Positions 43,175 to 51,814 of a DNA stretch of 64,000 nt are shown here, piece by piece. The stretch spans positions 30,253-94,252 of the forward strand of contig JBJDYN010000160.1 in the NCBI GenBank assembly GCA_051867395.1, read 5' to 3'. Positions within the stretch are counted from its first letter, which is position 1; the number at the start of each line of letters is the position of its first letter. A model generated the notes under the pieces. The model saw nothing but the letters and a program-made list of their open reading frames with translations, made no database searches and was not told the origin of the DNA. A program made the translations under genes and the position numbers. Origin of the DNA: Faecousia sp. (lineage in GTDB: Bacteria > Bacillota > Clostridia > Oscillospirales > Oscillospiraceae).

Positions 43175-43447
43175 GTGGCCAGTACAAATTTTAGCGTCCG
43201 TATGGACAGCGAAATTAAAAAGCAGTGTGAAACCCTTTATGGGGAATTGGGCATGAATCTGACCACTGCAATCAATGTTTTCCTGCGGCAGTCCCTCCGG
43301 GTAGGTGGTTTCCCCTTTGAGGTTAGACTGGATCAGCCGAATAAGGAAACCATCGCCGCCATGCTGGAAGCGGAAAGAATTGCCAAGGATCCCAGCATCA
43401 AGCATTACTCCGATGTGGAAGAGGCGCTTCAGGAGCTCAAACGATGA
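43175..43447 (+). CDS. dinJ: DinJ/RelB-family type II antitoxin
   Basis: 90 aa with a GTG start. It reads STNFSVRMDSEIKKQCETLYGELGMNLTTAINVFLRQ. Confidence 0.85.
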   Translation: MASTNFSVRMDSEIKKQCETLYGELGMNLTTAINVFLRQSLRVGGFPFEVRLDQPNKETIAAMLEAERIAKDPSIKHYSDVEEALQELKR

Positions 43448-43724
43448 ATCGCGATATTGCTTGGACGACCCAGTTCAAAAAAGATTATAAACTGGCGCTG
43501 AAGCGTCACCTGGACATCGAACTGCTGGATAACATTATTCGAGATTGTCCCGTGGAGAAACGCTGCCGGAGAGAAATAAAGATCATGCGCTGACAGGGGA
43601 TTGGATTGGGCACAGAGAGTGCCATATCCTGCCGGATTGGCTTCTGGTGTACCGCGTTGAGGATGATGTCCTGGTACTCACATTGGCCCGTACCGGAACA
43701 CACAGTGATTTGTTTGGAAAATAG
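43444..43724 (+). pseudogene. yafQ: YafQ-family mRNA interferase toxin with a 1-nt frameshift
   Basis: Frame 1 reads MNRDIAWTTQFKKDYKLALKRHLDIELLDNIIRD, then stops at 43594-43596. The -1 frame from ~43546 reads LSRGETLPERNKDHALTGDWIGHRECHILPDWLLVYRVEDDVLVLTLARTGTHSDLFGK*. The total length of 281 nt is not a multiple of 3. Confidence 0.75.
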
Positions 43725-43769
43725 GTTGCGACAAACTGGAATTGACCGGGCTGAAAGGAACTATGTGAT

Positions 43770-44084
43770 ATGTTCTATATTGTTTTTGATTTTGCGATGG
43801 CAGTAATCATGTTTCTATTTGGAATATATTTTTACAAATCAAATGGGAATGCTGCCAGATTTTTGTCCGGTTACAATATGAAGTCTAAAGATGAACGAAA
43901 GAAATATGATGAAAACGCTATGTGTAGGGCTTATGGGAAAAGAATGATAGTTATGGCGTTGCCGTTCATTTTGGGAATCATTATAGATACTCAATATCAA
44001 GGAATTGGTTGTTTGATTGCATGGGTGGCATGGATTGTAATGCTGATTTTATTACTTGTTGATAGACATAAAAGAGAGCGCTAA
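43770..44084 (+). CDS. DUF3784-like small membrane protein
   Basis: 104 aa with low GC. It has 3 TM segments and a SGYNMKSKDERKKYDE motif. Confidence 0.55.
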   Translation: MFYIVFDFAMAVIMFLFGIYFYKSNGNAARFLSGYNMKSKDERKKYDENAMCRAYGKRMIVMALPFILGIIIDTQYQGIGCLIAWVAWIVMLILLLVDRHKRER

Positions 44085-44323
44085 CTTGCAGTTTGTTTCT
44101 TTCAGCATCCTCCGAAAAGAGCACACTTCTATACGCTCCGTATGTGCGTTTCGTTTTCCTGTGTTCCAAACAAGGCTGTCTCCTTGCGTCGCTTTGCGAC
44201 TATCCTGCATATGAAAAACGGCGTGACCGCTTTCGTCACGCCGCTTTAACTGTCTTATGAACATCGCCCTTTGGCCGCGTTCTTTTTTCTGGGAAAAGCA
44301 ATCCGCCCCAGGCGGAAAATCGT

Positions 44324-44514
44324 CTGATAAATGATCGTTTATTGCAGCACCTACCGTTTGAAAACGCACCTAACGTAGGGCTTATGGCTGTCCCACGCCA
44401 GCGAGAAAATGCCCGTATTCGCTTCGGTACCGGCGAATTCGCGACTGCCTACTGCACGGCGGGGGCAAGCCCCCGCCCTACGGTTGGTGCAAACGTAAGC
44501 GATCATTTATTGAG
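44324..44514. mobile_element. MITE-like element with imperfect ~28-nt terminal inverted repeats
   Basis: The left end is CTGATAAATGATCGTTTATTGCAGCACC. The reverse complement of the right end is CTCAATAAATGATCGCTTACGTTTGCACC. Internal hairpins include GGCGGGGGC-aa-GCCCCCGCC. The right end supplies the stop of the 44503 gene. Confidence 0.35.
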
Positions 44515-45201
44515 ATTATTTTCCTCTTTCCTGGGAAAGCAGCAGTATTCCTGGCCTGGTTTGAGGGTGGTGCGGCGGACCTTGGCAAGCTGTGACACGG
44601 TGACGATTTCGTAATTCTGGGCCAGCAGCACATCCACGATGTCCAGCGCCGCCTGGACGGAGCTGGTGGTCATGTCATGCAGCAGCACAATGTCTCCGTC
44701 CTTCACGTTTTTCAGCACGGCCTGTTCGATGGCGGCGGTGTCGTGGGTGGCCCAGTCCCTGGGGTCCACAGACCAGTTCAGGATGGCAAGCTGTCTTGCC
44801 CGGGCAACCTGCCGAACGCCATCGCTGCAGCAGCCTCCTGGGGGACGCAGGAACACCGGATCGCAGCCCTCCGGCAGCAGAGCCTGGGTATCCATGATCT
44901 CGGCGGCAATGTCCCGGCGGCTCATCTGCGACATGTTTTGGTGGGAATAGCCGTGATAGCCGATTTCGTGCCCTTCGTCGAAGATCCGCTGGGTGATGTC
45001 CGGATAGTCCTTGATCCGGTAGCCGCACAACAGGAATGTGGCTTTTACGCCCCGGTCATACAGCCCGTCCAGCAGCTGGCGGGTATATTTTCCGGAGGGA
45101 CCATCGTCAAAGGTCAGGGCCACATATTTGGTGCCCTCCGCCGCCCGGACCGGCAGAACCAGCAGGGCAGCGGCCAGAAGCAGTGCCAGAATGCGCCGCA
45201 T
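44503..45201 (-). CDS. Secreted polysaccharide deacetylase (NodB domain)
   Basis: The ORF is trimmed to MRRILALLLAAALLVLPVRA, with GGAG 10 nt upstream. Motifs are TFDDGPS and HEIGYHGYSH. Confidence 0.85.
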   Translation of the reverse strand: MRRILALLLAAALLVLPVRAAEGTKYVALTFDDGPSGKYTRQLLDGLYDRGVKATFLLCGYRIKDYPDITQRIFDEGHEIGYHGYSHQNMSQMSRRDIAAEIMDTQALLPEGCDPVFLRPPGGCCSDGVRQVARARQLAILNWSVDPRDWATHDTAAIEQAVLKNVKDGDIVLLHDMTTSSVQAALDIVDVLLAQNYEIVTVSQLAKVRRTTLKPGQEYCCFPRKEENNLNK

Positions 45202-45247
45202 GAAATCCACTCCTTTCATTTTTTCATATCCAATTATTCATTCTTAT

Positions 45248-45276
45248 TTGACGTGGGAAGAAAAATAGGGTATAGT
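45248..45276 (+). promoter_or_regulatory. Sigma-A type promoter of rlmA
   Basis: TTGACG, 17-nt spacer, TATAGT. Confidence 0.5.
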
Positions 45277-45296
45277 ATAGGACGGAGGGTGAGACT

Positions 45297-46097
45297 ATGG
45301 GTTTGATTTGCCCGGTTTGCGGTGAGAAACTGAATAGGGAAGACAGCCGCTATGTCTGCGCCCGAAGCCACAGCTTCGACATTGCACGCCAGGGGTATGT
45401 GAATCTGCTCCCTGTGCAGCAGAAGCATTCCCTGCACCCTGGGGATACCCGACAGCAGGTGCTGTCCCGGCGGGAATTCCTGGAGGCGGGGTATTATGCC
45501 CCCATCGCCGAAGCTTTGACCGAGACGGCCAAGGATTTGGGCATTTCCGGTCAGATCCTGGATGTGGGCTGTGGAGAAGGGTACTACGCGGCCCGGCTGT
45601 CCGACGCACTGGGAGCACCTTTGATCGGAATGGATATTTCCAAGGAAGCTGTCCGCTGCGCCGCAGCGAAGTACAAGGGAAAGCTTTGGCTTTGCGCTAC
45701 CGCGTCCCACATTCCGGTGGAGGACGGCAGCGCGGCCCTGGTAACCAGTCTGTTTGCCCTGACAGTACCCGGGGAATTTCGGCGGGTATTGCGTCCTGAT
45801 GGTCTCTTTCTCCAGATTTTGGCTGCCCAGGATCACCTTTTGGGTTTGAAATCCATTATTTATGACCGGTTGGATTTCAAAGAAAAGGACACCGTTCCGG
45901 AGTTTCCGGGCTTTTCGCGGGTCATGTCCGTTCCCATCCGCTTTTCTTTTACCGTAGAAGGACAGCAGGTGCAGAATTTGCTGTCCATGACGCCCCATGT
46001 CTATCGCATCAGCAAGGACGGCGCAGAGCGGCTGAAAGGGACGCAGGTTCTGACGGACACGGCCAGCTGTGTTTTGAATGTCTTTCGACGAACTTAA
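45297..46097 (+). CDS. rlmA: RlmA-type 23S rRNA (guanine-N1) methyltransferase
   Basis: 266 aa. It has an N-terminal zinc ribbon (CPVCGEKL...C..SH) and the SAM motif LDVGCGEGYY. Confidence 0.8.
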   Translation: MGLICPVCGEKLNREDSRYVCARSHSFDIARQGYVNLLPVQQKHSLHPGDTRQQVLSRREFLEAGYYAPIAEALTETAKDLGISGQILDVGCGEGYYAARLSDALGAPLIGMDISKEAVRCAAAKYKGKLWLCATASHIPVEDGSAALVTSLFALTVPGEFRRVLRPDGLFLQILAAQDHLLGLKSIIYDRLDFKEKDTVPEFPGFSRVMSVPIRFSFTVEGQQVQNLLSMTPHVYRISKDGAERLKGTQVLTDTASCVLNVFRRT

Positions 46098-46173
46098 CAT
46101 ACCCTTTGAAAAAAGGATATATGTCTGGAAAAAAGTCGAAAATAATCGTAAATTTACAATTCGGGAGCAAGTT

Positions 46174-47232
46174 ATGCTGAACCAATTACAAGCCCTCTGC
46201 AATAAATACGAAGAGCTTTGCGCCAAATCCGAGCAGCCGGATTTTTACGCCGATCCGAAGAAGGCAGCCAGGCTGCTGCGGGAGAAAAATGACCTGGAGC
46301 CCATTGTCACGGCCTACGCTCAGTACTGCCAGGCCCAGAAGGATATGGCAGACGCCCAAGAGCTGATGGCGGATCCCGAAATGAAGGAGCTTTGCCAAGA
46401 GACCTATGCCCAGGCCAAGAATCAGAAGGAAGCACTGCTTGAGCAGCTGCAGATCATGCTGCTGCCCAAGGATCCCAACGATGAGAAAAGCGTCATTGTG
46501 GAGATTCGGGGCGGCGTAGGCGGTGAGGAAAGTGCCCTGTTTGCCCACAGCTTGTTCCGCATGTATTCCATGTACGCTGCCAAAATGGGCTGGACCATCG
46601 AGCTGATGAACTACAACGAGACGGAGCTGGGGGGCGTCAAGGAAGCGGACTTCATTATCAACGGCCGGGGGGCCTACTCCCGGATGAAGTACGAGTCCGG
46701 CGTTCACCGGGTCCAGCGGGTGCCGGAGACCGAATCCGGCGGCCGGGTCCACACCTCCACCGCCACCGTGGCAGTGCTGCCGGAGATGGAAGAGGTGGAT
46801 GTCCAGATCAACCCTGCGGATATCGAGATGCAGGTGTACCGGGCCAGCGGCGCAGGAGGCCAGCATATCAACAAGACTTCCTCTGCCGTCCGGCTGATCC
46901 ACAAGCCCACGGGGATTGTGGTGGCCTGCCAGGAGGAGCGCAGCCAGGTCCAGAACCGGGAAAAATGTATGCGGATGTTGGCCAGTAAGCTCTACGAGAT
47001 CGAGCAGGAGCGAAAGGAAAGCGAAGTCACCGGCCTGCGCCGCAGCCAGGTAGGCACCGGAATGCGCAACGAGCGGATTCGCACCTACAATTTCCCCCAG
47101 GGCCGGGTCACCGACCACCGGGTGAATCTGACGCTGTACCGCATCGACGCCGTTATGGACGGCGATCTGGATGAGATCATCAACGCCCTGGCTACCGCCG
47201 ACCAGGCGGAGAAGTTAAAGAATGCAAAGTGA
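46174..47232 (+). CDS. prfA: Peptide chain release factor 1
   Basis: The ORF is trimmed to MLNQLQALCNKYEEL. The GGQ motif is SGAGGQHINKT. The RF1-type tripeptide region is RVPETESGGRVHTS. Confidence 0.95.
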   Translation: MLNQLQALCNKYEELCAKSEQPDFYADPKKAARLLREKNDLEPIVTAYAQYCQAQKDMADAQELMADPEMKELCQETYAQAKNQKEALLEQLQIMLLPKDPNDEKSVIVEIRGGVGGEESALFAHSLFRMYSMYAAKMGWTIELMNYNETELGGVKEADFIINGRGAYSRMKYESGVHRVQRVPETESGGRVHTSTATVAVLPEMEEVDVQINPADIEMQVYRASGAGGQHINKTSSAVRLIHKPTGIVVACQEERSQVQNREKCMRMLASKLYEIEQERKESEVTGLRRSQVGTGMRNERIRTYNFPQGRVTDHRVNLTLYRIDAVMDGDLDEIINALATADQAEKLKNAK

Positions 47233-47275
47233 CGCATTGTCGGGCGGGGCTTTGTGTCCGCATGAGGATAATACT

Positions 47276-47713
47276 ATGACATTTCTGAGCAATTCCCCGG
47301 AGGAGACCGAGGCTCTGGGGGCAGCACTGGGGAAGCTTCTGCCGCCGGGGACCATTCTGGCCTACCGGGGCGGACTGGGGGCCGGTAAGACCGCTTTTAC
47401 CCGGGGCCTGGCAAAGGGACTGGGCTGCAAAGACATTGTCACCAGTCCGACGTATACCATTGTAAATGAGTACTTGGGGGGACGGCTGCCGCTGTTCCAC
47501 TTCGACATGTACCGGCTGAACTCGGCTGACGACCTGTGGGACATTGGCTGGGAGGATTACCTGGAGCGCCACGGCGTTTGTGCCGTGGAATGGAGTGAGA
47601 ACGTAGCGGATGCCATGGAGGACGCCGTTACCGTGACCCTGGAGAAGCTGGGGGAGGATGCCCGGCGTATCACCATCGAAGGAGGGGACTTCCTTGCTGA
47701 TCTTAGCCTTTGA
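47276..47713 (+). CDS. tsaE: tRNA t6A biosynthesis ATPase TsaE
   Basis: The ORF is trimmed to MTFLSNSPEETEALG. The P-loop is GGLGAGKT, and SPTYTIVNEY is present. Confidence 0.9.
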   Translation: MTFLSNSPEETEALGAALGKLLPPGTILAYRGGLGAGKTAFTRGLAKGLGCKDIVTSPTYTIVNEYLGGRLPLFHFDMYRLNSADDLWDIGWEDYLERHGVCAVEWSENVADAMEDAVTVTLEKLGEDARRITIEGGDFLADLSL

Positions 47714-48401
47714 AACCAGCGCCAAGGCTGCGTCCGTGGCGCTGACGGAGGACGGAAAACTGCTGGGAGAGAGCTACCAGAATACCGGACTGACCCATAG
47801 TCAGACGTTGTTGGTCATGGCAGAGGGACTTCTGAAGCAGTGCGGGAAAACGGTTCGGGAGGTTACCGCTGTGGCGGTGGCGGAGGGCCCCGGCTCTTTT
47901 ACCGGCGTCCGCATCGGGGTGGCGGCGGCCAAGGGGTTCGCCTGGGGCGGGGAGCTGCCCTGCTGCGGTGTTTCCACCCTGGAAGCCATGGTGGAAACAC
48001 TGGGGACCTACCAGGGCTATGTCTGCCCCTGCATGGATGCCCGGAGAAGCCAGGTGTACAACGCTTTGTTTTATGTAAACCAGGGAAAGCGGGAACGGCT
48101 CCGGGAGGACCGGGCCATTGCGCTGGCAGACCTGGCAGAAGAATTGAAGACACTAAAAGGACCCATCTTCCTGGTGGGCGACGGCTGCGTGCTTGCCTAC
48201 CGCACGCTGTCCGCAGACATTCCCAACCTGATCCTGCCGCCGGAGCATAGAATGCATCAACGGGCTGTGGGCGTGGCGCTGTTGGCGGAGCAAAAGCTTG
48301 CCGCCGGAGAGCCGGGAGACGGCAATGCGCTGATCCCCAACTATCTTCGCCTGAGCCAGGCGGAACGGGAACGGATGGAAAAAATGAGGGCGGTAAATTG
48401 A
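47694..48401 (+). CDS. tsaB: tRNA t6A biosynthesis protein TsaB
   Basis: TTG start giving (M)LILAFETSAKAASVAL, with GGAGGGG 6-8 nt upstream. It overlaps the tsaE 3' end. Confidence 0.8.
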   Translation: MLILAFETSAKAASVALTEDGKLLGESYQNTGLTHSQTLLVMAEGLLKQCGKTVREVTAVAVAEGPGSFTGVRIGVAAAKGFAWGGELPCCGVSTLEAMVETLGTYQGYVCPCMDARRSQVYNALFYVNQGKRERLREDRAIALADLAEELKTLKGPIFLVGDGCVLAYRTLSADIPNLILPPEHRMHQRAVGVALLAEQKLAAGEPGDGNALIPNYLRLSQAERERMEKMRAVN

Positions 48402-48434
48402 AAATGGAAAGCACCCATCGCTTTTCACTTCCAA
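48395..48434. repeat. Possible miniature heptamer hairpin (dialect AAATTGA/AAATGGA)
   Basis: AAATTGA AAATGGA AAGC..GCTTTTCACTTCCAA. The pairing is imperfect. It overlaps the tsaB stop codon. Confidence 0.3.
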
Positions 48435-48476
48435 CGTAAATACAAAAACAAATACGAATAAAGGAGAATGACTTCC

Positions 48477-49106
48477 ATGGCAACTGTACACGTAATCGAT
48501 CATCCCCTGATCCAGCACAAGCTGGCAATCCTGCGCAACAAGGAGACGCCTGTTAAGGAATTCCGGGAACTGGTGGGCGAGATCGCTGGCCTGATGTGTT
48601 ACGAGGCTACCCGGAACCTGCCCACAGAGGAAGTAACGGTGGAGACGCCTGTGGCCACTGCCCACTGCCGTATGCTCTCCGGCAAGAAACTGGCCATCGT
48701 TCCCATTCTTCGTGCGGGCCTGGGTATGGTGGACAGCATGGTGTCCCTGATCCCCTCTGCCAAGATCGGCCACATCGGCCTGTACCGGGATCCCGAGACC
48801 CACAAGCCTGTGGAGTATTACTGCAAACTGCCTGAGGACGTTGGCAACCGGGTGGTCTTTGTGGTAGATCCCATGCTGGCTACCGGCGGCAGCGCCATTG
48901 CGGCTATCGATTTCCTGAAGCAGCACGGCTGCCGGAACATCGTAATGATGAATATCATCGGCTGCCCCGAAGGTGTGAAGGCGGTCCAGGAGGCCCATCC
49001 CGATGTGGAAGTGTATCTGGCGGCTGTGGACGAGCACCTGAACGAGCATGCCTACATTGTCCCCGGCCTGGGAGACGCAGGCGACCGGATCTTCGGAACC
49101 AAATAA
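48477..49106 (+). CDS. upp: Uracil phosphoribosyltransferase
   Basis: The ORF is trimmed to [16 protein letters not shown]. The PRPP motif is [11 protein letters not shown], and [17 protein letters not shown] is at the C-terminus. Confidence 0.95.
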   Translation: MATVHVIDHPLIQHKLAILRNKETPVKEFRELVGEIAGLMCYEATRNLPTEEVTVETPVATAHCRMLSGKKLAIVPILRAGLGMVDSMVSLIPSAKIGHIGLYRDPETHKPVEYYCKLPEDVGNRVVFVVDPMLATGGSAIAAIDFLKQHGCRNIVMMNIIGCPEGVKAVQEAHPDVEVYLAAVDEHLNEHAYIVPGLGDAGDRIFGTK

Positions 49107-49122
49107 AAAGGAGAACGGAACG

Positions 49123-49533
49123 ATGCTGCGTGAAAAAAGCTGCGGTGCAATCATCTACACGGCCACAAACGGCGGGCCGCTGTTTTTGATCGAAAAGATG
49201 CAGAAGGGCCACTTCTCCCTCTGCAAGGGCCATGTGGAGGGCCGGGAGACCGAGCATGAGACAGCCCGGCGGGAGATCCGGGAGGAGACTGCCCTGAACG
49301 TAGCATTTGCGGACGGCTTTCGGAAGACCATCGAATACAGCCCCTACGAGGGCTGCCTGAAGGAGGTCGTTTTCTTCCTGGCCCAGGCCCTGTCCACCGA
49401 CACCGCCGCCCAGGAGAGCGAGGTGGCGGAGATCTTCTGGCTGCCCTTTGACCGGGCTGTCGAGACGCTGACCTTTGAATCGGACCGTCAGGTGCTCACC
49501 GCTGCCCGGGATTTTCTGGCCCGGAACAGTTGA
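49123..49533 (+). CDS. NUDIX hydrolase
   Basis: The ORF is trimmed to MLREKSCGAIIY. The Nudix box is GHVEGRETEHETARREIREETAL. Confidence 0.85.
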   Translation: MLREKSCGAIIYTATNGGPLFLIEKMQKGHFSLCKGHVEGRETEHETARREIREETALNVAFADGFRKTIEYSPYEGCLKEVVFFLAQALSTDTAAQESEVAEIFWLPFDRAVETLTFESDRQVLTAARDFLARNS

Positions 49534-49629
<96 letters not shown>

Positions 49630-49635
49630 AAATTT

Positions 49636-49654
49636 GGCGCCCCGGTGGGGCGCC
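49636..49654. terminator. Bidirectional terminator
   Basis: GGCGCCCC-ggt-GGGGCGCC, followed by ATTTCTTTGTTT on plus and preceded by AAAAATTT. Confidence 0.65.
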
Positions 49655-49664
49655 ATTTCTTTGT

Positions 49665-49814
49665 TTAGCAGCAGCCGCAGTTGTTGTTGTCGCAGCCGCA
49701 GCCGTTCCAGTTGTTGTTATTGTTGCAGCAGTTGCAGAACAGCAGGATCAGGATGATGATCCACCACCAGTTGTTGTTGCCGAAGCAGCCGCACAGACCG
49801 TTGTTGTTGCACAT
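49665..49814 (-). CDS. 49-aa Cys/Asn-rich single-TM mini-protein (not in the ORF track)
   Basis: Hand translation gives MCNNNGLCGCFGNNNWWWIIILILLFCNCCNNNNNWNGCGCDNNNCGCC*. GGAGG lies 8 nt upstream of the ATG and a terminator lies directly downstream. Confidence 0.6.
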   Translation of the reverse strand: MCNNNGLCGCFGNNNWWWIIILILLFCNCCNNNNNWNGCGCDNNNCGCC

Positions 49815-49900
49815 AAAAATACCTCCGAAAGATTTTTATTGAGCTTCACCGCTCATTCCATGGTATTCCGGAAGACAAAAAATGTGCAGATATGGGAGCA

Positions 49901-50593
49901 TTATAGGGTTCGCAGGGCGTCCACCAGGGCGGTCTTCCCGGTGGTCTTCTCGTCCTTGATCTTGATGACCTTGGCGGGACAGCCGGCCACCACGGTGTTG
50001 GGGGCCACATCGCCAACCACAATAGCCCCGGCGGCCACCACGGCGTCATGCCCGATGCGGCAGCCCTCGATGATCACGGCGTTAGCCCCGATGAGCACGT
50101 TGTCCTCCACGATAACAGGGGTAGCGGAGGCGGGCTCTACGACACCGGCCAGCACTGCCCCGGCGCCCACATGGCAGTTCTTGCCCACAGTGGCCCGGCC
50201 ACCCAGGACAGCGCCCATGTCGATCATGGTGCCCTCGCCCACCACGGCGCCGATGTTCAGGATGGCCCCCATCATAATGACGGCGTTTTTTCCGATCTCC
50301 ACCTGCTCCCGGATGATGGCGCCCGGCTCAATGCGGGCGGGGATATTCTTCAGGTCCAGCATAGGAATGGCGGAATTGCGGCAGTTGTTTTCGATTTCGA
50401 TATGGGTAAATTCGTTGGCCTCCAGCACGGAAGCCACGTCCTTCCAGTCGCCGAAGACGATTTTGCAGCCCTCTCCAGCGGGGAATTCCCGGCAGTTGGG
50501 GAAGGAGACCGGGGCCTTTTCCCAGACGTAGACCTTCACGGGGGTCTTCTTTTCCGAGGTGCGGATGTACTCTATTATTTCCTGTGCGTTCAT
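49901..50593 (-). CDS. dapH: Tetrahydrodipicolinate N-acetyltransferase (DapH type)
   Basis: The ORF is trimmed to [13 protein letters not shown]. It has a left-handed beta-helix with hexapeptide repeats. Confidence 0.9.
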   Translation of the reverse strand: MNAQEIIEYIRTSEKKTPVKVYVWEKAPVSFPNCREFPAGEGCKIVFGDWKDVASVLEANEFTHIEIENNCRNSAIPMLDLKNIPARIEPGAIIREQVEIGKNAVIMMGAILNIGAVVGEGTMIDMGAVLGGRATVGKNCHVGAGAVLAGVVEPASATPVIVEDNVLIGANAVIIEGCRIGHDAVVAAGAIVVGDVAPNTVVAGCPAKVIKIKDEKTTGKTALVDALRTL

Positions 50594-50725
50594 TTCTGTT
50601 CGCTCCTTGTTGATTTTATGATTGTCTATCCTACCATCTTTTGGCCGGAAACACAAGCGGGAAATTGACACTGGGCAGAATTCCGAGTATAATGGGGCTG
50701 AATTTTTAGACGGGAGGGCAAGTTT

Positions 50726-51814
50726 ATGCAGATCTGCGAGGACCGTCGGGCGCTGCACCGAATTCCGGAGCTGGACCGGGAGTTGCCGGAGACCATGGCG
50801 TATCTAAAAAACGCTTTGACAGGACTGAACTGCGTCCTTTTCACGCCCATGGAAGGATCCCTGTGCGCTTGGTTCGATTACAACCGACCAGATGCCATTG
50901 CGTTCCGGGCGGATGCCGACGCCCTGCCCATTGCGGAGCGTACCGGAGCGGAATACGCTTCCCGGCACGAAGGCAGAATGCACGCCTGCGGCCACGACGG
51001 GCACATGGCCATTCTCTTGGAGCTGGCCCGGCGGCTGAACGAAAAAAAGGACCTGCCTCACAACGTGCTGCTGGTGTTCCAGCCGGCGGAGGAGACCACA
51101 GGCGGCGCCAGAGACCTTTGCGAAACCGGCGTGTTTGAACAGCACCATGTTAAAGCCGTCTTCGGCCTGCACTTGTGGCCGGGACTTCCCGCCGGGGAGA
51201 TTGCCAGCCGAAAAAACGAGTTGATGGCCCGTTCCTGCGAGGTCACGGTGGATATCTACGGAAAATCTGCCCACATTGCCAAAGCCGCTGAAGGGATCGA
51301 CGCACTGATGGCCGGGGTGGAATTCTATCAGAAAGCATATGCCATGGAGCGGGCACTGCCGGATGGAATCTTCCGGCTTCTGAAATTCGGAAAGTTTCAA
51401 AGCGGCACCGTCCGCAATGCGTTGTCTGCCCATACCCATTTGGAGGGCTCTCTGCGGGCCTTTCAGGTCGATGTGTTTGTATCCCTCCAAAACGGGCTGC
51501 GGGCCATCGGCAGGGAATTGGAAGAAATCTGCGGCTGCAGAGTGAACGTCCATATGAACGACGGCTACCCTGCGGTTATGAACCCGCCCGACTTGTACGA
51601 AGCTGTCCGTGCCTGCGTAGCGTTTACCCCCTTGGATGCGCCCTGCATGACGGCGGAGGATTTCTCCTGGTACCAGCGGCGGCTTCCCGGCATGTTCTTC
51701 TTCCTGGGCGTGGGCGATACCCCGGCCCTCCACGCGGATACCTTCGATTTTGACGAATCCATTTTATTGAAAGGTGCGGACTTTTTTGAGGGTCTGGCGG
51801 AGCGATTTTTATGA
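50726..51814 (+). CDS. M20-family amidohydrolase, probable N-acetyldiaminopimelate deacetylase
   Basis: 362 aa with HACGHDGH and QPAEE motifs. It is divergent from dapH. Confidence 0.75.
   Translation: MQICEDRRALHRIPELDRELPETMAYLKNALTGLNCVLFTPMEGSLCAWFDYNRPDAIAFRADADALPIAERTGAEYASRHEGRMHACGHDGHMAILLELARRLNEKKDLPHNVLLVFQPAEETTGGARDLCETGVFEQHHVKAVFGLHLWPGLPAGEIASRKNELMARSCEVTVDIYGKSAHIAKAAEGIDALMAGVEFYQKAYAMERALPDGIFRLLKFGKFQSGTVRNALSAHTHLEGSLRAFQVDVFVSLQNGLRAIGRELEEICGCRVNVHMNDGYPAVMNPPDLYEAVRACVAFTPLDAPCMTAEDFSWYQRRLPGMFFFLGVGDTPALHADTFDFDESILLKGADFFEGLAERFL

Noticed and set aside
43535-43600. Programmed ribosomal frameshift in the yafQ-like gene.
   Set aside because: There is no slippery X XXY YYZ heptamer or stimulatory structure at the junction. 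A 1-nt deletion or a sequencing error is the simpler explanation.
48402-48476. PyrR-type attenuator upstream of upp.
   Set aside because: There is no ARUCCAGAGAGGYU-like binding loop and no terminator/antiterminator pair. The region is mostly the weak dialect-3 mini hairpin and an A-rich spacer.
49839-50668. Plus-strand ORFs of 230 and 206 aa overlapping dapH.
   Set aside because: They lie antisense to a hexapeptide-repeat gene, whose periodic codons generate long open shadow frames. The translations are Ala/Thr/Pro/Ser low-complexity.
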